Source of the DNA: Amphiscolops sp. MND2022
Lineage: Eukaryota
Reading direction: 5' to 3'
NCBI GenBank assembly: GCA_964187785.1
Contig: OZ076409.1
Span: forward strand, 44,766,001-44,830,000
DNA: 64,000 nt
Made by a program: the position numbers and the translations under genes. Shown here in pieces: positions 12,713 to 24,500 of this stretch. The notes beneath the pieces are model-generated. The model was not told the DNA's origin and ran no database searches. It worked only from the letters and a program-made list of their open reading frames with translations. Within the stretch, counting starts at the first letter, position 1. Every line of letters begins with the position of its first letter.

Positions 12713-13965
12713 TGTTACGTTCATCTTACGTTGCACACTCCTTTTTACAAGATGAAATCATGTCTCTATTATGATTTACAATATACATTTCAGACAAAAA
12801 TCAACGTAAGGTCTCCGTCACTCAACAAATCATTTGAAAGTTGCACCGTTTCGTTGTGATAACCAGCCATTTCCGTTGGATTTATGTTGTGTCTGAGTTT
12901 TAATAGAGTTCAAAAAATTGATTTCCGTTGCTATTACGTTATGTTCTATATTTGTGCAAAGTTCATATCACAACATGTAAATCATGTAATTTGTTAGTGT
13001 ATGAATTTGTGTTTCTAACTTTCGCAACTTTGTACCAATTTTATGTGTGCGCTAATAGTCGGATTGCGTTATTCGAGCATCATTTGTTCTTTTCAATTTC
13101 ATACTTTAAAAAATTCTAATCCTGAAAATTTTTGTTTCGTTTCAATCACGCCGTCATTTTTGCATGTCATACTTTTGTCTTAACTTTCAAATGTTGTAAC
13201 TTGGAAATTGACTAATTGATCACGCCCGCGTGCATTTATGAAAATATTGAGCGGACTTTTATTTTGCCGCCACTTCAAGTCTAACCAGGAAATGCACTAA
13301 AATAAACAAAAATGATTTCAACAATGGTGACGGAACTAAGAGTTTCGATATCTAATTTTTTGACGCGGGACTGAAATGATTTGAAATATTAAAGATTTTC
13401 AGTAAACAAACCAAATTTTTTTGCTACCTAGGAATTTTCAGGTGAGGAACAAATGAAGTTGGAAAGGTACATTTAGTTGTAGCTGACATGTAAATTTTAG
13501 TAAATACTTGAACTGTTTTCTTGATCACACTTTGTTGTAAAAAGTTTCTTTGACGAATTCACCAGTTCCAAAGATCTCATCTTTTCAATTAAAAATGACC
13601 ACCAGAAGTCGGAAAAGAAAAACAGTAGCTGAGCTAGTATTAGGAGAAATCGAATCCTCATCAACTGAGAATAATCAAACTAAAATCTACGTAGCTGGGC
13701 CGAGTGAATCACCTAAAATTTGAAAAACTTGACGAGTTTAAAACGTCCCTGAGAAAAGAGATTATGTCCGATCTAACTAAGATCTTAGCTGAGAACCAAG
13801 AGGAGATGTTGAAATTAATAGCTCCAGCTGTTAAAAAATCAATAACTTTTCAAAACCTGCAAAACTCTGATTCTGAACCTGAAAACGTCTTTCCTAATAC
13901 AACTTCAACTCCAGCAAGAACAAAAACGACTGCTTCTAAAGCTACCCCGATGAATAGTCGTAACA
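12713..13965 (+). mobile_element. Solo LTR (1253 bp) with 4-bp TSD and an ORF remnant at its 3' end
   Basis: TGTTACG...CGTAACA ends, flanked by ATGA on both sides; MTTRSRKRK... reading frame from about 13595 continuing into ORF 13704+. Confidence 0.85.
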
Positions 13966-14589
13966 ATGACCTCCGACAACTCGAAAACATTTTCTATGGA
14001 ATCACTTTGAATGGAAACGAAACATATCCAATTCTGGGATATGTTTACATTAATTCATATACTGCACCGAACAAGACAAAACTTTTGTCGTTAATTATCA
14101 AACTTCCAAGTTTCTGATCTTCTCAAATCAATGCCTAACCACTCACTGTGCTCTTTCATAAGTAGGCATTTCTTTGCCATTAACATCAAAGTAAAACATT
14201 TCCAGTTACTCATTGATCGTCTGTTGTTCCATTGGAAACGAGTTAAAGATCATCGATGACAATCAACACTTCTATAAACTTGGCTATGAGGTTCGACCTG
14301 ACTTTTTGAATATCAATCGGTATTTCCATAAGACCTTAAGCAGTTGTGATGAACCGATACGTGCCAGTCGATTTTTCATCGGCTAACCAAAAGTTACAGT
14401 GATTTGCTGGTAATAATTGTAATATTTCTAGATGCTACTGTGTAAAACAATTGATAGATAAGAAATATCTTTCACGTTTATCTAAGAAAGTATTTCGCCA
14501 GCCTTTTCAGTCTCGATTCTAGCTAATGGTATTATCAAATGATGGTAGGATTAATGCAAAAGGTAAAAGAGTTGTTTACAAATATGAAA

Positions 14590-14900
14590 ACATAAAGGTC
14601 ATTTGATAATCGCTAGTCTAGAGCTATCAGAGTTTTGAATGGCACTTCATCCGAATAATTCGGTTCCGTATTTGACACCGTATATTATTTTCCCCCTCCT
14701 GGGCTTCCTGCCGTTTACATCTTGGAGCTTCCGGGGGTGGGTGTTCTCTCCCGGGTAAAATCCGTCGACTTTTGGTATTTGTCCATGTCCGTACGTCACA
14801 TCTACCGATGGATACCAAGCTTCGGGATTCTCCGAATCTAAGCTTTCAGCAATATTATTCGTCCAATATCCAGGTTGCGGCATTTGATTTTTAACTCCAT
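14590..14900 (-). mobile_element. Ty3/Gypsy RT fragment
   Basis: MP...IAESLD...AWYPSVDVTYGHGQIP resembles the D-x-x-YAYGQ motif of the other Gypsy RTs in this window. Confidence 0.6.
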
Positions 14901-16221
14901 GATTGCTCGGTTCAACGCGCGGGCGTATTAGTCAATTTTCACAGAATCGTTCATTCGAACCGTTCAAACAGTTTTTTATATACGTCGTCTTTACTTTGTC
15001 CAGGTTTTCAATTTAGCCTTCTTTCAATTTCTTATTGCATCGGTCGTTTTCAGCCTATGTAATGTTTTTGTTCTAAACTTTCGTTAGCTGACTTTCGCTT
15101 CGTCTAATATTCGAAATTTCAGTTCCTAATTTTAAAATGTTACTGGAGACCATTACGGAGAATTTGTGTGTTTTTGTGTGGTTTTTACGCTTAGTTCCTC
15201 ATTATCTTCTATTCTAAACGAGAAAAAAAATTAACTCGCTATTGGACGGATGATCCAATAGGAACTTTAGCGAGGATAGCCAATGTCTACCCAAAACCAA
15301 CTTTACTACTCGATTCTAACTTGTCTGAGGATTTTTGTCTCGTTTGATTTAACCTCGATGTTCCATTAAGCCTTGTGAACGAAAATGTTTTTAGTTGTGT
15401 TTTAACCAGTGATCATTTTTACCCGTCGTGCCAGATATGAGCCAAAGACTACGACAATCATCTTTTGTGGTGCTTGGAACGTAAAAGTTCACAAGAAGGC
15501 TGCAATCGTTGGGTTATTTTCATCTACTCATATTATTTCAGATGTTTATAAATGTTCAACTCGGTTCAACTCTACAAGAGAAGATTGGGAAAGCAAACTT
15601 TGGTTGCAACCTCATAACAGCAGGGTTTCTCCTCATTTGGACACTTTCACATTTTGTGCTGTAAACTGGTGCTTTACTTATTACCTCAATTGTTAAGTAT
15701 TAGCAACAATGGACCAATCTACCACTTCTACAATTCACGCACAGACAAAACATTTTGGTCATTATTGTCATGCCGTAAGCTGGATGCCAACTATACAGCG
15801 TCAAACTGCAAACAAGAAATGCAAACAAATAAAGAGTGATGCGGTCAAGCACACAGCATCACAAGAAAAGGGCAGACTGAAATACGAAATGAACATGCCA
15901 AAATACATGAATTGGACAAAGACGCGGTCGACTACACCACAGTGCAAACATAAACTCAAACATTTTGTACGTATACCTTTGTTGATTAATCCTGATAACT
16001 AGCTTATCTAGTTATTGCAGAAACATTTATAAAGTACTTGGATAATACTAAATTATTAATGAAGAACGATAGGCCTATCTAGTTGTCATGAACCTTCACA
16101 CCATTATTCAGACTGAGACCATTTCGTGCCATAACCAATATTAACCGCAATATTCAATCCTGTAGAAGTTTCAACGAAGTTTTATATTTCAAGATGCTTA
16201 TTTGTATTTGTAGAGGATTCA

Positions 16222-16769
16222 TGTAACGATGACAACGCGCCATTATCACAGCTCATAGTAGTGCTGCCATACGATGCAGATTGCGCAATTGCCACCTGAA
16301 GTGCTAATTAACACCAACGAGCTAAATGACGCTGGTGTGCAATTGGTCGAAACTTCTAGTCAGGGTGACTAGCGTTGGTAAGTTCCGTAGCAGGTGCGAG
16401 AGCGCAATCACTTATTATTGTCCGCCCACATAAATGGGGGAGGCAAATCATGATCTGTGACGCGTTTTTTTACAAATTCTGCCAAAACTCCACTTTATCT
16501 CCACTCCATGCAGTGAAGTGCACTTCACTTACTGCTTTCCCAGCCAGTGGGTCGTGGATTCGAACCCGTGCTGGATCTTGAATTTTTTTCGTGTTTCCCA
16601 GCCAGCAGGTCGTGGGTTCGTTCATCTCCTTCGACATACTTTTTTGCAATAGGCGTGTTGCAGAAAATGTCCCGGTGGTTATCATGCGTCTTGTTTGTGT
16701 TGTCTTGTCACGTAGAGCTGCTTTCAACGTCACATAACCTTCATACTAATTTGGCATTCTGAATCTACA
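16222..16769 (+). repeat. LTR-like segment containing two tRNA-derived motifs
   Basis: Begins TGTAACG, possible end ...CTACA; two copies of TTTCCCAGCCAG..GGTCGTGG.TTCG with a B-box-like core; boundaries uncertain. Confidence 0.35.
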
Positions 16770-17443
16770 ATTATCTCTCCTAAAACTAATTTCTCTATAC
16801 TCAGTTCAATCTTAAAGCCTTTATTCTGTCTTTATGGTCATAACGAGAACTCTTAAAGCGAGCTTAAGAAAACGATCAGTCCGAATCGAATGACATGGAA
16901 GATTTATAGCGATAATGAAAGTAATGCCAGTTTCCCCAAGTTTCTTTCACGGGGTATAACTGACGACATTGACAAATGAATATGGTAGATCAAAAAAGAA
17001 CATGAAAAGATTTCTCGAAATTATTAACCAAATCCCCGAATTAATGATTTTGGTTAAAGCACTCGCCAAACAAAAGAACTCCAAAAATCCAGAACGTAAA
17101 ACCGCTTCTAATAAGGAAGAGAATACACTTAACGCCGTTACCTTGACAACGTTCTGTGATTGTGACAAATATATACTGTTTGAAGAAATCACTTCAAGAT
17201 TTACTTCACTGAAGAATATATTTCCCTTGAAGTGAGAGGATTGCAATAAGTATTTGGCCGGCGTGAGTTCAATTGCTGGATGTTTTTTGCAACAAGGATG
17301 TGTGTATTAGTTCTCAAGTGAACTTTTTTGTAAAGGAACATTTTCGAATTTTTTACAGTAACAACGTAGCATTGCTCCGGCCCAACTGTAACCTAGACTG
17401 AAATACGCAAATAGAACTAGGTAATATAATATTCATTAAACCA

Positions 17444-17660
17444 AACAAGACGAGAACGTCTAAAGTCGGCGCCATATCTAAGGCTCAAAAAGCGCAAAAC
17501 ATTTTGGAAAAAAATTGAAAATTTTGAAAAATTTTTTTTCAAACAAAGTCGCATAGTGCCGAAAAATGTAAAAAGGGGACCCTTCTGGATTTATTAACTT
17601 ACATTCCGTTGTAAAATATCAAAAAACTCGAAGGGGGACCCTTTGGGGACATTACAAAAG
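17444..17660 (-). mobile_element. HINE/Helentron fragment (3' end)
   Basis: AACAAGACGAGAACGTCTAAAGTCGGCGCCATATCTAAGGCTCAAAAAGCGC, near-exact reverse complement of 4375-4429. Confidence 0.85.
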
Positions 17661-18295
17661 TTTTCAACATTGCTCTATTAGCACACCGATATCTTCTACT
17701 GTAACCAGTCGTGAACGCCTTAAATTTTCGTTCCTTGTGGCTCAAATAAACTAAAATTTTTCGAATTCTCCGAAAAAAACGCGTCCGCTTTCCCCATACT
17801 GAATCATAGAGAATTAACGCGTCTCAGTAAATATAGATTTCAGAGATCAAGATGAAATTCTCAACATCCCGGATTGGCAGCCATTCTTACTCCACCGGCT
17901 ATCACCGATGCTGTATTGAAGCTCCACCAATGGCCACCGAGGGTTCAATACCTCTGGCTAAAAAATCAGGTGGCTTGAGTTTAAGAAACTACTACTAACT
18001 CCCAGCGATCGCAATGTGACAACCTTGAAAAAAATTACATCTTGCTTTAACTTTCCGGAAAAGAAATCATTCTCACTATTTGATGCATCATTGAAAACTT
18101 GTTTAAGGTATATACCTCTTCTGCGAAATCATCGCTGAAATTATTGAATCGCAAACATTTGAATCAAAGTTACACGAGATTGGTGTAAGTCAAATTCACC
18201 TCATCCCAACAAATACGTACAATATTTACAAAGAGTATTTTTATGATGACAGTGAGTTACTAAAAGAAATCGAAACTCTTTAAAGCGGAAAATTC

Positions 18296-18564
18296 CTATG
18301 AGTCATTTTCAACATTCTCAGCAGCCATGTTCTTAATCAGCTGGTAATATTTCACTAAGGCAGTTACGCAGTGCTGAACGTAGTCAATTCGAATCTCTGT
18401 ATCGTGACCCCTCTTATCGGACACTGTTTGACGTCTGAAGCCCCCTTTATAAGGTCCAGCAAGTTCTTGATTGGATAAAACAAATTGAATTCCATTTTCT
18501 ATACACTCCTTCAAATTGATTGGCTGCTCTTCAAATGACAGGCTACCCATTACTGCTATCAAGC
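18296..18564 (-). CDS. Exon 5 (last) of the barrel-domain gene
   Basis: Acceptor tttttcag|GC; GGFRR...EIRIDYVQHCVTAL; stop at 18296. Confidence 0.88.
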
Positions 18565-21500
18565 CTGAAAAACATCAACCGTGTTCTTAAAAATTGTCTA
18601 TTAGAAGTTTATTTTAATTCAAATACCAAAAACAGCAACGGATGAACAAAGTGCAGTGATTACAGCATTTAGTATGTACTGGGGTTGTATAGGTGTGAGA
18701 TGCAGATGTAAGACTGCCAATCACAAACTGAAAAACTGTCATAGTCTGAGAGTTGTTTAGTACTTAGCTGCAAATCGAGTGCTGACCTATTTATGTTTAT
18801 GTATAGATATACCATTGCACTTTGAGGATCGCATATGATACAGTTGAACAGAAGATCCATTCGCCACATCGTTTAACATTAGTTTTAGTTATCTTAATAA
18901 TAGGGTTCGATCATCAACTATCATTTTTGGGTCTTAAGCAGGTTCTTCATCATTGGTGTAGTGGTATGGTCTTGACAAAAAATAACGCAATTGGCGTAAA
19001 AAACAAAAATGTTCGATCTCTTGGTAGCAAATATGGTACTGTTGGTTGCTACGGGGAGATAGTGTCCGGTTTTAGAAAAGCTGAGCTGCTTATTCGACCT
19101 CCAAGTTGCAGAAGTGGGAAAGTGATTTTTTTCTTTCTTCTGAACTATCAAACAGTTTTCGCTATTAGTTCAAAGTTTTGGATATTTTCGTCAGTTTGAG
19201 CTTCCACCGTGTTCAAAAACAAAATACTTAGCAACTCGGAATTATTGGCAAATACCCCGATGCAAAGCGTGCATCAGGTTTGTGGAAGCGATGATAATTG
19301 CCCGGCCATAGGTCACAGTGTAAATTCTGTTTGCATCCTTCAATAATTGTACTTTGAGGACCGCATATGATACAGTTGAATAAAAGATTCATTCACCACA
19401 TCGTTGAACCTTAATTTTAGTGATCCTAACATTTACACTTCCTTTTTTCAGTGTACAAAACTTTTTCACTATTGAAATCAACTACAAACAACCACCACAA
19501 ATATAATATCTAAAGTTATACTAAACAACCATAAGTATCATATCAAAGTTACACTAAACGGAGAACATCAATCCAGTGAAAGAAAGATACCAGAATGTAA
19601 ACAAAAACGAAATCAAATTCCAGGAGAAAATATGGGTGGACGTGGAACACAACGGTAGAAAAGTCAAACTCCCTTTATTAGTCACAAAACGGAACGATAA
19701 AACACCCCTCGGAGTATATTGACTAAAACAACGCCAATTACTAACAACAAGGTCTTATTGGGAAAAAACCGACCAATCAAAAACAATCTACACAAAATAC
19801 AAAAGACTATTTGAGACCAACCACACCATAAACAACACCGAAGTGAAGACACAAAAAATCCGGAAGCTATCCGATACAACAAAAAGAACGACTAATACCT
19901 TACCACCAATAAGACGACGTGAAAAATAAACTAGACCGACTTACTAAATCCGGACATCTAGAAAGACTAAAAACGATCGAAGAAGACTGTTTCGTATCCG
20001 TACTAATTACGGTTAAAAAAGACAAATCAGTCAATGCGCGGAAATTAAAAGAGAGTTGCATCAAAAAGAGGCCACACATGCCGCATATGGACGGATTATT
20101 AAACCAAATTTCTGCCAAATTGTCAAAAAACAACCTACACATGATTTGGATGTCAGTGATAGATCTGGACTACGCTTACGGTCAAATGAAAATAAGTCAA
20201 CGGACATTACCGCCAGTATGGCTGGACGACATAATAGACATAACACACGGATCAAAGGAACAACACACCCAAAAATTATAGTCAGACCTAACAAAATGAG
20301 AAAATGAAGGCTTTAGAGCCAGCGAAGGAAATCAAAGTTTTACCAGAAAGAAACTGTATGGCTGGGACATACGATCTCACAACACGGCATAAGACCGAAT
20401 ATAAAGAAGACAGAAGCAATCAACAACCTAAATCTAACAGGAAACACGAAAATCATAAAATCCTTTCTCGGAGAAATGCAATACTTTGCAAAACTCATCC
20501 CAAATTCATCCGAAAAGACGGAAAACATGAGACAACTATTGAAGAAAGAAATAAAATGGGAATCGATGAAAGAACTCAACAAGGAGTTCAACAATTCAAA
20601 GAATGAACTTACCACACATCCGTGTCTAGCACACTACAACGGCAATAAAGGAAATATAGCCACAAGGGATGCTAGCAAAACCGGCCTTGGAATAGCACTA
20701 TGGCAAAAACAAACCAACGGCGACTTGAAACCCATTGCTTTGGCCAGCTGATTTTTAAGAGACGTTGAAACGAAGTGCTCCATCAGCAAACGGAATTACT
20801 GGCCGTAATCTGGGGCCTTAAACGCTTTAAATTCCATTTATACGGAAAACAATGTCAGTTATTTTTAACCACCAGGCATTGGACCCAATATTGAAGAAAA
20901 ATAAAAGAAGTAAACAAAATAGTGCCCGTCTAACACAATGGCTGGACATACTGAACCATTTCAACGTAACCCTAAAAGATACCGCTGGGAAAAAATCAAA
21001 TTCATCAGTTTTATTTGCCGTAATCCAACAGAAAACGCGTAACCGGAAGACAATTACAGAAAAGAATTTGCCATCAACGCCATCGCGCAACTTGTGACGG
21101 TAGGTAGCTGCATTGGACGGGTTTTCAGCCCATCAGAAACCACGGAAACAGAAAAGACGGCTGACATGCTTGATACGCTCGCGCAAACTGTACGCGCTGC
21201 CGCAAAATAAACAAGAGCAACTCTCACACAACCTTGACCACTAATCAGACTGCCGTTAATACATAACGCACCACTCATTTGCAAGCATTCATGAATGACG
21301 ATAACAACAACAACAACCGACAAAATCTGGACAAAATCAGCTGTAACCCTGAGAGATTCACTCGTGAATCCACGTTAAGATACCACTGGGGCGCTGACGA
21401 TGAAATCATGACTATCATCAACAAACGGAACAATTCACCAGAGACCAGAAAACTCGTAGAAAGGAGAATTGAGCTCACTGGATCCGGACATATGCGTTAT

Positions 21501-24500
21501 CAAGGTCACAAAATGCTGGACAGAAAAATTCTACTCCCCAGAAAAATCAAATCTAGGCGGCGGATTTTTCAAAGATTTCGGAGGCGAATTCCCATCACGG
21601 GCCATTCCTACCATTGAAACCAATTCGTACACCATTACTACAAAACTTGCCACGGATACCTTATCGACGGCTTCATCATCCGAAGAACCGGTCACAACAC
21701 AGGAACCGGGGGCTCATCCAGTTATTTTTGTACAAGGATACCGCGACGGTCCTATCGAAGAAATTGCCGTTCACTATGTTCGAATAAATCGCATCATTGA
21801 GAATGAAGCAGTGCAAAACCGACAACAAGAAGAAAATGTCCGATCAGCCGAGGTAGATTTCATGCTCGGCCTTGAAATTCTCAAAAGAAACGGCGGCAGA
21901 CCCAGATCTTATTGAAGTACAGTGCTGCCTGGAGGACAACAACAACAAACTGCAGCAAAAACCTGAAGACTACAAACATGTAGCCAAAGACCTGACCCAC
22001 CTCTGGGGCATCACGCTGGTCGATGTCAGAATCATCATACCAAAAAACCTACGCTACGCGGCATTGAACGCTTTACATTTCGGTCATCCCGGAATAAACA
22101 AGATGTGCAGTGACGAAACGATCTTCTGGTGACCGTATATGCGGGCAGATATCGAGAAGAAAGCAAAAACTTGCTCCGCCTGCATAAATCCCGGTAATAA
22201 TTTGAAAACACAAATTCCAAGCACCAAAAAAGTAAAAATCGAACCCCCAAAAAACCCTGAAGAAATCCAAATTAGTTTCACGAGAAACGTAAATAGTAAA
22301 CACTTAATTTCATCTCCTTTTATCTTAAATGCTGTAGATAAAAACAATCGTTGTCCGGGGGCAAAAGTTTGCAAAATACCAATCACGCGAGGGCCATAAC
22401 ATTCGTACAGGATTACATCAACGTCTACGTTGTACCGAAAGTAATTAAGTCCAAAAAAGGTAGTGCTTTTATCCCAAAAGAATACAAACGATGTTGCAAC
22501 GAATACAAAATAATCCGCAACACTTTTTGTGGGTTATTTACTGAATACTGAAAGCAGCGCGGACTGGCTGAAGCGCAAAGAGCAACCAAGGAACGAAAAA
22601 GGGCAATTCAACAGTCCCGATAGATCAGCAGGAAAACCAAAGACCTGGATTTAAGCATGGTTTCGGAAGACGAGTACTTCCAGTGCTACAACACCACAGA
22701 AAGAAAACCGATCCATACAAATATAGATAACGAACTACAGCTTCAGCCCAAAAAGACGACACTAACGCCGGAGACAGGTATGAAAATAGAAAAAGAACAA
22801 CACTATTGAACCACACCAAGTGTTGAGAAGATCGCAAAGATTACCTTTTGCAAAACAAACCAAAAAATTTGGCAATATACCATACTATACTGAAAATAAT
22901 AAGAAAGAAAATGAGTAGCATATGTGTTTTACAGAAAAACCAGAACAGCCAACCGAAACGAACAACAATGAAGAAAAAACACACCGTATACGTGAAATAC
23001 TGAAGGAGAAGTACACAAACCGTGAAATACGGAACTACTACTCAAAACAGCGGTACACAAACGAATTCATCCGGTGGGGAAATGTGAGATGCAGAGGTCA
23101 AACTGCCAATCACAAACCGAGAAACTGTCATAGTCTGAAAGTTGTTTAGTACTTAGCTGCAAACAAACTCTAATTAACTTCCTTGAGTGCTGACCTATTT
23201 ATGTTTATGTATAGATATACCATTGCACTTTGAGGATCGCATATGATACAGTTGAACAGAAGATCCATACGCCACATCGTTTAACATTAGTTTTAGTGAT
23301 TTTAATAATAGGGTTCGATCATCAACTATCATTTTTGGGTCTTAAGCAAGTTCTTCATCATTGGTGTAGTGGTATGGTCTTGACAAAAAATAACGCAATT
23401 GGCGTAAAAAACAAAAATGTTCGATCTCTTGGTAGCAAATATGGTACTGTTGGTTGCTACGGGGAGATAGTGTCCGGTTTTAGAAAAGCTGAGCTGCTTA
23501 TTCGACCTCCAACTTTCGGAATTGGGAAATTGATTTTTTTTCTCTCTTCTGAACTATCAAATGGTTTTCGCTATTAGTTCAAAGTTTCAGATATTTTCGT
23601 CGGTTTGAGCTTCCACCGTGTTCAAAAACAAAGTACTTAGCAGCTCAGAATCATTAGCAAATACCCCGATGCAAAGAGTGCATCAGGTTTATGGAAGCGA
23701 TGATAATTGACCGGACAAAGGTCACACTGTAAATTCTTTTTGCGTCCCTCAATAATTTTCAAAAAAAGCGTCGGCATTTTTATATGCATCTTCCCATCGG
23801 CGCTCTCAGATCGAAACTGCGAGTGTGAACACCTCAACAATGATTTACGAATCATCATCTGTATCGTGATCTTAATAAATACGATTGCAACACAATGAAT
23901 GATTTAACTCAATCTATGTTCTTTGCCCTGAATTCTTTAAAACGTTAGACAACTGAAGAAAGCTATTCTCGTCGATGCATTGTGGATACACTCTTTAGCG
24001 ACATATTTTTGAAAAAAAATTCTCATCATTTTGCAACGTGTGAGAAATAACCTTCAAGGCGGGTGCACGCAGGGGCCAGTCCACCACGGGAGTCAAAAGA
24101 CCATTGGATTTTGGGCTTGTTGGTCGAGTGAATCTGCTCCATTATTAAATGTGTTGCCACCTACAAAAGAAAAATTCGGCAAGTTGGAACACTGTGACGG
24201 ATTAAATACCTCTGCAAAACGTTGGTAGGAAAAGTGCATAGGTCGTATATCAAGGGGACCTTTCTCCACTTGAAAATTACAGACCGCAGCAAAGAAAACA
24301 AAACACAACACCTTTTCACAGAGTTCGGGAAATGATTTCGCCAAAAGTTCTGATGATAACCAAAACGAAAAAGGAGACATTGTTCACTGATTTGTAAGCC
24401 AACACTGAAATCGAAACCTACTCTGTTGGCATAATGTCATCGGCTGTCAATGTTTCTAAACCTTGGTAAATGGGGTCGCGGTTTCGATGAGGCGATTTTC

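Noticed and set aside
16947..17246. Overlapping ORFs 16969-17235 and 16947-17246
   Set aside because: No recognisable motif or convincing splice context
18822..19199. Apparent duplicated gene (ORFs 18822-19199 and 23230-23577)
   Set aside because: The frames straddle the LTR/flank junction of a recent duplication; similarity reflects DNA identity only
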